Source: Callorhinchus milii
Lineage: Eukaryota
Direction: 5' to 3'
Length of the DNA stretch: 64,000 nucleotides
Assembly: GCF_018977255.1 (NCBI RefSeq)
Contig: NW_024704743.1
Span: 57,104,001 to 57,168,000, forward strand
Both the position numbers and the translations under genes were made by a program. Under the pieces are notes generated by a model. That model was given only the letters and a program-made list of their open reading frames with translations. It made no database searches and had not been told where the DNA came from. Every line of letters starts with the position of its first letter. Position 1 is the first letter of the stretch. Shown here in pieces: positions 26,140 to 40,752 of this stretch.

Positions 26140-27860
26140 CCTGGTCGCTCTTCTAACCAACATTATCAACTACTCCTTATCCACTGGCACTGTTCCCACT
26201 CTCCTAAAAACAGCTGCTATCACCCCCATGCTCAAAATAATAATAATAATAATCCTTGCATTTGATATAGCGCTTTTCACGTCGGGAGGACGTCCCAAAG
26301 CGCTTCACAGACACACTGTAAAGTGAATTGACTGTATATTTGTGGGCGAATGCGGCAGCCAATTGCGCACAGCAATGTCCCACAAACAGTCATGGATTGA
26401 AAATGACCAATTTATTATTGTTTTGTTTTTTTGGAGGGATTATTATTAGGCGTGTGGAGTAAGGAAACTTGCCCAAGGTTTCGCCCTGCCTGGAATTGAA
26501 CTCAGGTCTCTCACTTGCAAAGCGAGTGCTCTAACCACTGAGCTACAGGACTCCACAAAAAAACCTTCCCTGGACCCATTCCTGTTCTCCAGCTATTGCC
26601 CCATCTCCTCCCATTCCTCTCCAAGGCCCTGGAACGAGTCATCATGTCCCAGCTTTGCTCACTCCTCTCCTGCCATTCCCTCTCTGAACCCTTCCAATCA
26701 AGTTTCCGTGCTGCCAACGGCACAGATACAGCTCTGGTCAAAGTCACCAACAACATTCTGAACATCTGCGACCAGGGCTCTCTCTGCCTCCTTGTCTTCC
26801 TCGACCTCTCTGGGGCTTCGACACTATCGACCATTCTATCCTCCTACACCGCCTCTCCTCTCAGCTCAATCTTCACCGTACTACCCTTGCCTGGTTCGAA
26901 TCCTACCTCTCCCACCGTCTCCATTGGAGGAGAAGCCACTAACTGCTTCTCCTCCAGCACTTGCACCGTCATGTGCGGCATTCCTCAGGGCTCTGTCCTT
27001 TGCTCTCTCCTTTTTAATATCCATATGCTTCCCCTTGGTGACATCATCCGCAGACATGGGATCATCTTCTACATGTATGTGGATGGCACCCAACTCCACC
27101 TCTCTGCCTCCACCCCTGATTTCAGAACCACTGCTCTCCTCACAGACTGCCTGTCGGATATCAAGTCCTGGATGAGAGCTAACTTCCTGCAGTTGAATGT
27201 CAACAAGACCCCACATCCAGTCCCTCCTGCTTGGCTCCCATCAGCGCCTCCATACCTTGTGCGCTGACAGCATCTCCTTTCATGGATGCACTCTACATCT
27301 CATTGAGCCAACACCGAACCTCATTGTCCTGTTCAACTCTCAACTGTCCTTCAATACCCCACATCCATGCCATGACCCACTCTGCCTTACCTGCCTCCAA
27401 AACATTGCTCGGCTCTGCCACTGGCTTACATCACAAGCCACCGAGACCTTCATACATGCATTCATAACATCCAGGCTCAACTATGCAAACTCCCTGCTTG
27501 TCGGTTTCTCCAACTCCTCCCTCCATAGGCTGCAGATCATCCAGAACTCTGCAGCCCATGTCCTCTCCCGCACCAGGCTCAGTGATTCTATCACGTCCCC
27601 TGCCTCACCTGCCCCACCATTGGCGGACAGGCCTTCAGCCACTCTGCCCCCAGCCTCTGGAAATCCATCCCACAATCCCTCTGCCTCGCCCCCTCCCTTG
27701 CCTCTCAAGACCCTCCTCTTCGACCGTGCCATCGGTCACCCTCCTTCACCCCCTGCCCCCCACCCTCCCTGATCCTGACTACCAGCTTGGGTCCAAAACA
27801 CTAATTGTCCAGCGTCGTCCCAATGTGAAAGGGGCTATACAAATGTACTTTTGTTGTTGT
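26140..27860 (+). mobile_element. L2 LINE with degenerate RT, interrupted by a SINE
   Basis: LPFLSKALER, QSSFR, TDTALVKV, LVFLDLS, GIPQGSVL, MYVDGTQL (YADD-derived), NFLQLN; L2 tail at ~27830-27860. Confidence 0.9.
26236..26554 (-). mobile_element. Same young SINE, nested in an L2 RT region
   Basis: Full head to tail; L2 sequence continues on both sides. Confidence 0.9.
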
Positions 27861-28099
27861 CGCAATCAACAACTGGAAAACATTGCTGGGAAGGCTGTTT
27901 TGGAACAGAATACTGGACACAATGCAAAATACAATACAAAGTTACATTTGCAAAACGCCTTTCATGTCGGGAGGACGTCCCAAGGAGCTGGAAAGTCAGG
28001 GATTCGGATCCGAGTGTTGTGGGGGAGTGGGGGAAGACACATTTAAGAAACAGCTTAATGTTAGAGCAGAGAGTGCATCGGGGTCAACTTAAACATATA

Positions 28100-29073
28100 T
28101 GTGGATTACACTGAAATCTACTTCTCTTCCTCCAGCTATGACTCCCAGTCCACTACTGTTCTGTCAGCTTGTCTGACAGATATCAAGGCCTGGATGAGCG
28201 CAAACTTCCTGCAGCTGAACATTGACAAACGGAACCCATACGCTTTTCCTCCCGTCAACGTCTTCTCTCTGTGGTTCAGACCTCAACAACTCCCTGATCT
28301 CTCCCTAAGTCTCACCAAACCCAATCCCCAGCTATCCTTCATACCCTATACCTGGTCCCTGGCCAGGATCTGCACTTCCATCTTCACCACCACCACATTG
28401 CCATGGCTAGGACATCCACCACCGCCACATTGCCTTGGCCAGAACATCCACCTCTGCCACATTGCCCTGGCCAGGACTGCTTTCCTCCACCCTCACCACA
28501 TTACCCGCCTCTGTCTGTACCTCACGCGAAAAGCTGCCGAAACCCTCGTTCACGCCTTTGTCATCTCCTGCCTCGACTACCCAACGTCCTCCTCGCTGGT
28601 CTTCCCTGTTCCATTCTTCACAAAATTCAACTAATTCAAAACACCGCTGATCACATTCTCACCCACACTAAACTCCGTACCTCCATTATTCCAGTTCATT
28701 TCAAACTCCATTGGCTCCTTCTCACAGAGCGGATTGATTTCAAGATCCTCACGCTTGAATTTAAATCCTTTCATGCTGTGGAATCCTACTATTTCTCCTG
28801 CTCTTTACCTATACTACTACATGCAGCCTCTGATTGACTGACTCTGACCTCCTTCTTGTCCCCCAGAACCCTCTACCCGCGTTCCTCAATCCCTTCACCT
28901 AGCCCCCTCTCTCCCGATTTTCACGCTGTGCTTGAAGACTTTCTTCTTCGACCGTATCTACGGTTACCTTTCCCTTCCCCCTGGCTCAACATCAGTCACC
29001 ACCACTGTTAAATATTGCGAGACACAGTCCAGCATGAAGGCCGCTATATAAGTGCAACTTGTTCTTGTTGTTA
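28100..29073 (+). mobile_element. Older L2 LINE 3' fragment
   Basis: CLTDIKAWMSANFLQLN, AETLVHAFVISCLDY, LHWL..ERIDFKIL, tail. Confidence 0.85.
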
Positions 29074-29698
29074 CAATGGGAAGAGGGTAGGGTGGGTATT
29101 CTAGGAAGATGAAATCCAAGTGGGAATTTGAAAATGCCGACAGAGGTTTGGCTAACTATTCAACACCTCTTCTCCTTAGCATCCTCCATTAAGGAAAGAG
29201 AGCCTGCCTCACTCAAGAAGCAACAAAAAGAACCATTGCATTATCTGGTCTTCATTTGCAAGGTGGTAGTGAAACAAAATCAAGAATTACAAACCCATTG
29301 GTACCCCAGATCCCAACGGCATCCTCTCTGGAGTTTTGAGGAGTTAAGGACCAGAAGTATGAGCCCCTGAACTATATCTTCAATGACAAGTGAGAGATTT
29401 TAAAAGATCAGAGAATGACACACAAATCTCATCTTCATGAAGGGAAATAATGCTGACTTTGCCGACTACAGACCCATCAGTTTCACAAAGTTCATAAAGA
29501 AAGTCCTGATGGTCCTGATGAAGAGATACCTTTGCTGAGCTGCTTGAGGTATCAGGAGCCAACACAGCGATAGTAGGCTGGATGATTTTAGTTGGTTTTA
29601 GTCCAGTGGTACCCCAATGTGGTCTTCAAGGATGTGTCGCATTTTAGGAAAGAGAAAACACACATACAGGCCGATCCATTTATAATGTACACAAAACA

Positions 29699-29917
29699 CA
29701 GTGGATTCTGATAGTGTGGTCACAAGATATACTGAACATGTGTTGTAAATCCGCAGTCCAGCACTGACTGGACAATTTCCTGTGAATGGAACATATGCAG
29801 GAAGTGATGGTGGTGGTGAGCTGACAACCCAGAAGTGCTGACTGTGATCATTTTTTTTCGGCCCTAAATATCTGAATATAAGGACTCAAACCTTTGAATT
29901 AGAGTGGGGTTTAACTG
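29699..29917. mobile_element. Possible decayed Tigger-like MITE
   Basis: Begins CAGTGGATTC, ends GGGGTTTAACTG|TA; weak TIR match. Confidence 0.25.
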
Positions 29918-32532
29918 TATATAGAACTCTCAGTGGTTTGGTGATTCTTAAATATGCTGCTGGGTTTCCAGGTGTATCAGATGCCCAACTGACCGAACGA
30001 ATACACAAAATACCCACAAAATACTCACTTTACGATGTATTCTGTGAAGTGCTTTCAGACATCTCAATAATGTGATAAGACGCTATATCAAATGCAAAGA
30101 TTATTATTATTAATAATAAAATACAATGTCTGAATACATGCAAAGTTTGTGATGTATCAATCAATATGCAAATCTCACAAATTAAACTTGAATATGAATT
30201 ACACCTCCGCAGAATCCGCAATTCTCAACAAAATATTTAGAAGCAGATATTTCAGCGATGAACTCCCCACTGTAATAATTGCATAATTTTCTGCAGTTCC
30301 ACAGGCAATCGGAAATTTCATTAAACAAGCTCCATTTTTTTGCAATTAGCATAACTTTCATGGTGTATGATTATTAAATGACAAAATATGTTCCCATGTT
30401 CAATTTTAAAAAGGAAAAACAAATTAGGAATGTGTTATGGCAAAATTAAGAAATAATTTAGCAGATTAAAAAGCAATTGGTAGTAAGACTAACAATTTAG
30501 ACTGCACATGCCATTGGGAAATGTACTTTATGATAACTACAAACAATATAATATATGAGCTTTCATTCTCCCAGGATGTGCAATTACCACTAGGTTGTGT
30601 TTGTGCAATTTCAATTGCTTGGTACAGTGCATAATTTTAAAAGTAAAAGTAACTCCACTTACCTCAAATTTATCCAGTGAGTAGCTGAATAATATACACT
30701 AGATGATCTTGATCATCGCTGTCATCCTGGGTTACCACATAGAATGCTACAATTTGTTTCAGCTTCCTCGTATGAAAAAAACAGGCAGGATTCTGGCTCC
30801 TATCACTAACCAGGATGTGGATTCCAATAATGGTGGCTGAGCCTTAATCACAATGATCCCAATCATTGAAACTCTCTCCCATCATGGGTCATCTCCCTGC
30901 ATTCTTACTATCAAATCTTTTTTACTGTGTCTATCATCGACATCCTCAAATTCTCTCTTTCCTTCTCTGCTTAGTGTTTCCCCATTGTTTTTGAGAAGCA
31001 CATCGAGGCATTCAACAACAACAACAACAACAAGATTCCATTTATAAAGCGCCTTTCACGTCAGGAGGACGTCCCAAAACCCACAGTAATTACACATTAC
31101 AGTATCCTGTGAAGAGCATTGAGCCGTTCCTCTGATGTGAAGGGCGCTATTTCTGGAATCTATATCTATAGATGTCTGGAAACGTTTCTGTTAAGCAATT
31201 TAGGGTTGATCTACAAGGAAAAAATGAGACAACCACCTACAATAAGCACAAAAACAGTTTATTTTGTCATGCTAAAGAAATAATGACTGCTATCCTTTAA
31301 GACTGAATGGTGTATTAAATAAATCCTCTGAGGCAAATAATGCATTTTGAAGAGTAAGAGATGGTGATGCAATACTGTGAACACCTAGAAACATTGTTTA
31401 CATGTTGAAAAAATATTTACATACACTCTAATTTGCAGCCATGCAGAGTGTATAGAAACTGAAGAATGGAGACAGAGATGGGAATACAATAAAGGTATGG
31501 TCAATCAGCAAGATCACAAGATCACAAAATTGGTCTGGATGAAAAAGGCCCTTAAGTCCATCTGATCTCATCATAGCCATATGGCCAGAACACAAAATTT
31601 GGATGGGTGTCTACCCAGCTCAACCGAAAATTGTGTGAAGCAGGCAGCATAAAATATACCTCACTCTACTGCTAGATGCAAAATAGTTTTGCTCCCAGTA
31701 TAAGACTAACTTCCCAATCCAATACGTTAAAGATCACAAGATCATAAGAATGGTTACAATGACGAAGGTTCTTCACCCCATCTGATCTCATCCTTCCAGA
31801 AGACCCACCCTAGCATGTGCACATCACTGATTCAAGCTGCTTTTTAAATGATCGTAGTATCCTGGCCTCTAAATCACCTTTCTTGGCAACCTGTTCCAGT
31901 CGTTGATTACTCTCTGCGTGAAGAAAATCTTCTTGGTATCTGTCCTGAAGTTGCTCTTTACAACTCTACACCTATCTCCTCTTGCTCTATTGTCATGATA
32001 CATTCTAAAGTATTGATCTGTGTTTATTTTCTCAATGTACCATTTTGTACACTTCTATGAGGTTTCCTCTAAGTTCCCTTCTCCCAAGACAGAAGAGGCC
32101 TAGCTTGTCTAAATGTTGCTCATAGAACATAGAAAAGTGTGGAAATATTTGCCAAAAATTGTGTGGAGTTGGTTGGTGCTATTGTGGTACATTTTACTGC
32201 CACCCTTCTTTTTTTTCACTTTATTGATACAAAAATAAATATGAGGAATTAACATACATTAGATTGTTGCAAAAAAATTATCAATTACTTGTTTAACAAA
32301 AACTGGGTGGCCCTTTATTCTGGGGGGTGGGGGTCACCAGCGAGGTTACAGGAGTTAACCACCTCCTGCCTCTCAGGGCCGGCCCTTATGTCTTGCTCTT
32401 ATGTCGCGGTGACCAGAATTTTATGCAGTGTTCAAGGTGCGATCTGACCAGATCACTGGAGAGCATCAGAAAGGCACCTGGGGATCTAAACTCAACTGAT
32501 TTAGCAATATAGCCCAGCATCCTATTTGCCTT

Positions 32533-32671
32533 AAACAAAACGCAGAATACTGCAGATCCTGGAAATCTGAAACAAAAACAGAAGTCGCTGGGAACACTCA
32601 GCAGGTCAGGCAGCATCCATGGAGAAAGGAAAGTGAGTCAACGTTTTGGGTCCATGACCCTTCGTCAGAAC
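32533..32671. mobile_element. Penelope-like terminal repeat, single arm; hammerhead core mutated
   Basis: Same sequence as the 55.7-55.9 kb arms; minus strand CTGACGAAGGGTCatgGACCC AAAAC (G to A). Confidence 0.65.
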
Positions 32672-33124
32672 AGAGTATTCATCTGGGAAGAAAGCCAAGG
32701 CAGAGGGATAGAGGAAGTGTGTTCTAGTGTTTTGGGGCGTAGTGGCTGAAAGTGCGCCCAATAATGGTGGCACGGAGGGCACGGGGGACATGCAAGAGGC
32801 CGGAGCCAGTCGAGTGGAGGTAGAGGGTTGTGGGTTGAGGGAGATAGGGAGGTGCCAGGGCATGAAGGGATTTGAAAATGAGTGTGAGGATCTTGAACTG
32901 GGCTTGAACTGGTGTGATGAGGGTACAGAGTTTAGTACAGGTAAGCCTGCAGGCTGCGGAGTTTTGGATCAGTTGGTTTTGCACATAGTACCTTGCATTT
33001 ATCAGTATTTAACTACATTTGCCAGTTATTGGTCTATGTGGATACCCTATCAAGCTGAACATGTAGGACCTTCACCTCCTCCCTCACCCCCAACTTTGTG
33101 TCATCTCAAATTTAACCTTAATAT

Positions 33125-33519
33125 GGAGTCCTGTAGCTTAGTCTTTAGAATGCTGGCCTCACAAACCAGAGGATCTGGGTTTGATACCCGGGCAGGGCAA
33201 AGCTTTGGGAACATTTTCTTACTCCACATGCCTCTATTTGCCTAGCAGTAAGTGGAAACCTGGTTGATAGTCGATTGGTGGATCGCTTTTCTAGGGGCAA
33301 TAATCCCTTAATACATTTTTAAAAAAAAGTAAATAAAATAATAATCATTTGGTCATTCAATCCACGACTTTTGTGGGACACTCCTGTGTGCAATTGGCTG
33401 CCGCATTTCACCCACAAAATACAGTCAATTCGATTTACAGTATACTCCTTGAAGCGCTTTGAGAAGTGTCGAAGACGTGATAAGGCACTATATCAAATGA
33501 AAGGATTATTATTATTATT
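33125..33519 (+). mobile_element. tRNA-derived SINE (long subfamily)
   Basis: As 20657-20974. Confidence 0.85.
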
Positions 33520-33521
33520 GT

Positions 33522-33838
33522 TGTGACCTGTGACCTCCTCTTATGGACTTCAGGGTGTATAAGAATCTCCCTCCTCATACCTAAAACAGTACTGTTTTCC
33601 ATTGAAACATGAGTCGACAAGAGCTGTGAGGGCAACATCCAAAAACATCCTGCTCTCCACCCCCGGTTTAATGAAAACGTTGAACATGAAATGCAACTTT
33701 AAAGTCTTTAAATATTTTACTTGACCCCTGAGATTACAGTGTCTGATCCTATTTCATGTAAAATATTACGTGCCATTTGTACATTAATTAATCCCTCACT
33801 CGTACTTATCTCTCATTCCCCTAATATCAACTGAGTAT
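33522..33838. repeat. Copy A of an inverted duplicated non-coding element
   Basis: Aligns by eye with the reverse complement of 52007-52318. Confidence 0.9.
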
Positions 33839-33859
33839 ACTTATAACTGTGTTACACTG

Positions 33860-34950
33860 GGTCTGCAAATCCAGGTCGTTAATATATACAAGGAACAGGA
33901 GGGGTCCCAGTACCAACCCCTGAGGCACACTGCTTGGTTCTTCTTCCCATTTTGACCAAACTCCCCTTCCCTTCAGACAATTCTGTATCCATGTCCATGT
34001 TTTGCCCTTAATATCTAGTGACGACAGTTTGTGGAGGAGTCTTTCATATTGTATTTTGTCAAATGCCTTTGCAAGTCAAGATAAACTGCATAATATGACT
34101 TCCCACAGTCAATTTGGGCTGTCACCTCCTCAAAATAGTCTATGAGACTGGTCAGACAAGACCTACCTTTCTGAAGCTGTGTTGGTGTGGTCAATTATTA
34201 GATTTTGCACATAGATAATCTTCCACTTCCTCGCTCATAATTGAATACATAATTTGTCCTATTATTCAGGTGAGGCTAATAGGTCTATAATTGCCAGGTT
34301 TAGTTCAGTCGTCCTTCTTGAATGTTGGAACATTCACTTGCTTCCAGTCCATTGGAACCTCCCCGCTCCTTATTGACTCCCTCTTAATGTCTGTCAGTGC
34401 TGCACAAATCTTCTGCCTTGTCTCCATAAGTACCTTGGGGTACATCCATCCCAGGGGATTTGTTAGTTTTAAGCCTCTTGAGCCTATCTAGAATCTTGTT
34501 CTTGTTTATTTTGCTCCTGCTAGCTGCACTCGGGTATATACTTGTTCTGCATGCACTGCATAATGTTCTTTAGGGTTGTCCATTTATCCTCATCTGATTT
34601 GTCCTTGAGTAATGCCTCCCAGTCTATGTGTCTTTGCTCAGCCCTAATAACCCTGAAGATTTCCCACCTAAAGTTGTACACCAGTGTTTGATTGCTTGCT
34701 CGTCCTTTTTTCCAAGTTAAATTCAAGGTTATTGAGATCTGGTCACTGTTCCCTAGTGGATCAACTAATAATAATAATCCTTGCATTTACTTCCACTTCA
34801 TGAATAGACTAGATTAAATCAAGAAGGGAACTACCCTTGTAGGCTCCCTGATACCTTGAGTCAGGAAGCAGTCATGCACTTACATTCACAAGCTCAGAGT
34901 CTTTTGTACCTGGGCATTGCCAGTTTATATTTATGATTAAAGTCCCCTTT
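33860..34950 (-). mobile_element. Old CR1-type LINE fragment (endonuclease end, linker, RT)
   Basis: Minus strand gives degenerate PLGNSD, PGNYRPISL and VPQG-like segments with many lesions. Confidence 0.7.
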
Positions 34951-37900
34951 TGATATCACACTGGAACTGATGACAAAGATGACAATATCATGATTTGTAC
35001 TGTGGGATACACAAATTTACCTGATACTTATCTTCCATAGCCAAATTCAAGATATTCAGTTTGTAGCAAAAGATCGCAGAATAACATCTTCAGAGCTGTA
35101 GATGGAGTCCTATTGCATATTGGTTACAGCACTCGCCTTGCAGTGAGAGGATCTGGGTTCGATTCCTGGGTAGGGCAAAACCTTAGGCAAGTTTCCTCAC
35201 TCCACATGCCCCTATTTACCTAGCAGTAAGTATAAACCCGGTTGTTAGTCGATTGACAATTTTTTTTCTGGGAGTAATAATCTCTTCAAAATAATAATGA
35301 TAATTTGGTCACCCAATCCAATACAATGATAGCCTCTGCCAATGCAGAACATCCCTGGTACTAAACTGAAATATCAGCCTACTCTACAGCTCAAATCTGA
35401 ACGTACGGCTTGAATCAACAATGTTCTGACCCAAAGATGATTGTGCAACCAACTGAGCTAAATTGATACCTTTTAGGCTTCAGGAACACAATTTAATAGT
35501 TGCATTTATACTGCTTCATCCTGAGCATAACAATTCGAGTCACATATGGTGCTGCAGATGGGAAGGGAGTGTGGAAACATTCACTACATGCTGTATAACT
35601 TTCATTAAAGCACAAAATGAGCCACGGGTAAAATTGTGCTATGATAAACATTTATAGAATGATCTGTGAAGGATAATATGTGTCTTTTTTTAATATATGA
35701 AAGTGATTATTTAATTTCTCCATCAAGGGAACATGCTCTTCCACAGGGATAAACGGATGCAAAGCTGGAGAGAGGATGACCTCAGGCAGCCATCAGCCAT
35801 GTCAAGAACAGCACTGACAGAAGCCTGGACATATATCAAATGCCCAATCTCAGCCCTAGCATGGTGAGGAGACTAGGAAAACCTTAAGGCAGAAGAGAGA
35901 AGCTAAATTAATGTTTGTGGCAATACTAAAAATAATACAACCACAAGACTACTAAACATCAATGTGCATTTGTTAAGTCATTTATAATGTCTTTCAGATT
36001 GGAAAGAGATTTATTCGCTGATATGGCAAAACTGCACAAATTGCATATTTCATTGATGCATGCTCTCTTTGGAAGGGAATTTTACAACCTCTTTAGGAAA
36101 AAAATATAGATAAGTTATAGTGAAAGAGCAAGGGAATGCTCTTAGAAAAGTCGCAGCCAGTAGCAGCATAGATGTAATAATAATAAAAAGTCCTTGCATT
36201 TGATATAGTGCCTTATCACGTTGTTGAGATGTTTCAAAGCGCTTCACATAACATATTGCAAAGGGGATTGACTGTTTATTTTGTGGGCAAAACACGGCAA
36301 CCAAATGAATACTGTATTTAAGAATTTGTCAAATTCTGGGAATCTTTAAAATAATAATAATAATCATTTTGCATTTGATTTGTCTGCTTTCACATCAGGA
36401 GGACATCTCAAAGCACTTCACCGGATATACTATAAAGTGGGATGACTGTGTATTTTGTGGGCAAGTTGGGCAACTAATTGTGCAATGTCCCACAAACAGC
36501 CAAGAAGTAAATGACTAGTTTTATTTGGTTGATTCTTTACCAGGACCGTAGAAGAGACTACCTTTTTGCCTTGCTCCTGCATTGAAATTATGAATTTGGT
36601 AACCTAAGCTAACAATAGACAGCTTGTCAGAAGTGCCATCCTTTGGATGAGACATTAATCTAAGGTCCTGAATATGACTATTTGGTAGAAGTTAAAGATT
36701 CAATGTCAGTATACGAAAAGAGAAGAGAGTTTCTCCTGCTGTCCAGGCCAACAATCCCACAGATAAAATTGATCTTTCACTTCATGGCTCTTTGTGGGAC
36801 ATTGCTGCATGCAAAATAGCTGCTGTGTTTATTTAGAGATACGCAGTAACTACAAATGCAAGATTTATTATTTTTTAATCTGATTTGCTAAATATTTTTG
36901 TGTGCTATGAAATTCGTGATTTTTTTTGTTTTACGTTTGTGCCATTGTGTCTCGTCAACTACTCCAATAGGAATTATCTGGTAGAAGTCTGATTGTAAAT
37001 CTCTTAGCAATGTTGCAGTAGATCAATAAAACTTCAGGTGAAGGGAACCTATGAACCTTGGATAATTGAGAGGTGCAGAGAGGAATCAATTCTGTGGTTT
37101 AATGACAACAGAATGTGTAGAGTCAGATAGTAACTTGAATATAGCAAACAGTTCTAGTCATCGTGAGTGACATAGGAGGCTGTTCAGGCACTAAAGGCTC
37201 TACAGAACAATAAGAATGATCACCAGGGTTAGAGGAATTAGAGGAAAGAGCTATATGATCGACATCTATTCAACCTTGGGCTCTTCAATCTTGAGAGAAA
37301 ATTACTCAGAGGGAACTTCATATTGGTGTACAAAATAAGAGATTTAAATTTGAGATTTAGTAAATCTTTCCTGACCTGTCACTCCCGTTTATTCCCTTTT
37401 CCATTCTCTTTCATATCTCTGTTATGCAGATACTAATTCATGCTTGTATGAGCATGCTTGTGTTCTCATAGTAACTCATACTGCAAATATGAGTATTCAA
37501 CTCTGTACTATGCTGTTAGTACTGATTCTAACTCATACTTGCATGAGTACTCCTTCTGCTCAGCAAACACAGGTCTGATTGATGTCCCCCACCATTGATG
37601 GGCAATCTATTCTGCCCCTCAACCTCCCTTCCTGGCAACCTCTTCCAGTTGTTAATTAGTTTCTAGGTAAAGAAACAAATTCTGGTATCTGGTATCTTCT
37701 GAAAATGCCCTCTGCAACACCAAACCTACGTGTTCTTGTTCAGGTTAGACAATCCGACCAACTATAATCAAAAATTCCCTTCATTGTGTGTTAACATCCT
37801 TCAATTCCTTTTTATTAAATTAAATGATTGATGGTAAAACGTCCTGCAAACTGATATTTGGTTGTGGAAAGTTGGCAGGATTGTTGATTACAGCTGAAGC

Positions 37901-39361
37901 TTCTTCAGGGATTTCAGTGAATGTCATCAATAAGAGAGAAGAAATCCCTTGTTGTCCTGGTTATACAATTGACAACGATCAGCCTTTAATTCCTAAATGA
38001 ACCTAAAGCTACTGTGGACACTCACAACAAGGTTCAGCACTGTTCAACCTGTGTCAGGTATTAATTAAAATGTGTTTGCCTACAAATACACAGTGACTAT
38101 ACTCCAGCAAAGAGCTTTGAGACTTGTTGATGATAAGACAATATATCAAATGCAAAGATCATTTGTATTAATAAAATAGAAAACCAATAACTTGCATTTA
38201 TATAGTGCCCTGCATCAAGGGTTGCATCTCGGAGAGCTTACCTCAGAACGATTGAGAATAGTGACCCTTCTACAAAGGTATTATGTGAGAATAGAACTTG
38301 TACTTAAGCACTTTGAGATGCTTAAGTTAAGTTATATCTGGTGTGTCAGGCTAGACAATGAATTCAAAGTCTCAATTGGCGGTTTGAACCCACAACCTTC
38401 TGATTCATAGTTGAGAGTGCTACCAACTGGGCCAGTCTGACACAAAATATAAATCATGCACATTTTCTTAGGCCTAACAGAGAAATCATAACACAGCTAT
38501 TATTTGCGGATTCAAGAGCTGTATCTTGACTTTTAACCCATTTGGTATAATTATGTCAAAATGGCACTAACAAAACATTTCCTCAAAAGCACCATGGCGA
38601 TTACCAGGCACTTCTTACAGTTTAATGAGATAACAAATGCCATCGCTGGCTAATAGCACAATATTCTTCTATCTAGAAGGGGTCATAGTTATTTTGTTCT
38701 AAACACACGGCTCAAAGCGCGTCACAGGATTTTACTGTTTATTATAATAATCCTTGCATTTGATATAGCGTTTTTAAAGTCTTTTAGACGTCTCGCAGCC
38801 TTTCACAGAATATACTGAAAAGTGAATATTTGTGGGCGAAACACAGCAGCCAATGGCATGGGTTGAAGTGCTTATGTTGCTCACTTTGTACGGCTGTGCT
38901 CACAGGATAGGATCTCAGCATTTGCTGCACAATTGCACAATTTATATTGAAACATTTAATTTTTTTTATGCTACTAGTAATTTTCATCTGTTCGTAGTCA
39001 CAATAACAGTGAAACTCTTCTGTAAAGAGTACCTCTGTGACTGATTTAATTCTACAAATACACAGATATTAAAGATTAAATAGAGCAACTCCATACAACA
39101 ATTATCCATGTCACTCAATACAAATGACCTTAAGGGTTTCAATGTATTCTGTTGATACTGAAGACATATTTTCATATTTTGTCTTCGGTTTATGTTAGAG
39201 AATTTTATTTCATGCTTCGAGTGTGAGAAAAGAACAATATCTATTTTAGGTTCTTAAACGTTGTCAAATCCCATGGAATTTCACATAGAATTATTGTCAT
39301 CTCAGTAAGCCCTGCTGCAATAACACATAAGGGATCTTAGCTGCAGTGTAGACCTACTGAA

Positions 39362-40752
39362 CAAGGTGGGAGAGAAAAGATGGGGAACTATAGACCAGTT
39401 AGTCTGACATCAGTGGTAGGGAAAATTCTTGAGTCCTTAATTAAAGATGTCATTATGGGATTCCTGGAAAACCATAACAAGATTAGGCAGAGTCAACATG
39501 GCTTTACAAAAGGGAAGTCATGCTCAACTAATCTTTTAGAGTTTTTTGAAGATGTATCTAGCAGGTTAGATAGGGGGGAACCAGTAGATGTAGTATATTT
39601 AGATTTTAAAAAGGCATTTGACGAAGTGCCACACAAAAGGCTATTGCACAAGGTTAAGGCCCATGGGATTAATGGGAACATATTAGCATGGATTGAAGAG
39701 TGGCTAACGGGTAGAAAACAGAGAGTAGGGATAAATGGGTCATTCTTGAATTGGCAGGATGTGACTAGTGGAGTGCCACAAGGATCAGTGCTTGGGCCTC
39801 AGCTATTTACAAGTTACATCAATGATCTAATCAAGGACATTGAATTTAACGTATTCTAAATTCGCGGATGACACTAAACTAGGTGGGAGAGTAAGCACTG
39901 AAGATGATGCAAAAAGATTGTAACAGGATATAGATAGGCTAGGGGAGTGGGCGAGGAGATGGCAGATGGAATTTAATGTGGGGAAGTGTGAAGTTATTCA
40001 CCTAGGTAGAAAAATAGAAAAACAGATTATTTTCTAGATGGGGAGAGATTAGATAGTGTTCGTGTTCAGAGGGATTTGGGTGTCCTTGTACACCAGTCTC
40101 AAAAAGTTAGTTTGCAGGTGCAGCAAGCAACTAAGAAGGCGAACGGCATGTTAGCGCTCATTGCAAAAGGTTTAGAGTATAAGAGTAGGGAAGTCTTGCT
40201 GCAACTGTATAGGGTCTTGGTAAGACTGCACCTAGAGTATTGTGCGCAGTTTCAGTCTCCTTATTTAAAAAAGGACATACTTGCCCTAGAGGGGGTGCAG
40301 CGTAGATTCACTCGGTTAGTTCCTGGGATGAGGGGACTGACCTATGAGGATAGGCTGAATAAACTAGGGCTATATTCTCTAGAGTACAGAAGAATTAGGG
40401 GGGATCTTATAAGATTCTTAAAGGGCTGGATAAAGTAGACTGAGGGTCTGTTTCCCCTGGTAGGAGAATCTATAACCAGGGGTCACAGTCTTAAAATTAA
40501 GGGTCAGCCTTTTAGAACAGAGTTGAGGAAACATTTCTACACTCAGAGGGTAGTGAACACTACCCCAGAAGACTGTAGATGCTCAGTCCTTGAACATCTT
40601 CAAGGCTGAGACTAATAGATTTTTAAAAATAGAGGGCTTAGGGGATATGGAGATGGGGCAGATAATTAGAGTTAGGTCTGAAGATCAGCTATGATCTTAT
40701 CGAATGCCGGGGCAGGCTTGAGGGGCCCAATGACTTATATTCTTATGTTCTT
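39362..40752 (+). mobile_element. CR1-clade LINE reverse transcriptase region to 3' end, disrupted
   Basis: [40 protein letters not shown], frameshifted FADD at ~39861, LEYCAQF, ttcttatg tail. Confidence 0.95.

Noticed and set aside
28386..28477. CRISPR-like array
   Set aside because: No unique spacers, eukaryotic context; plain minisatellite
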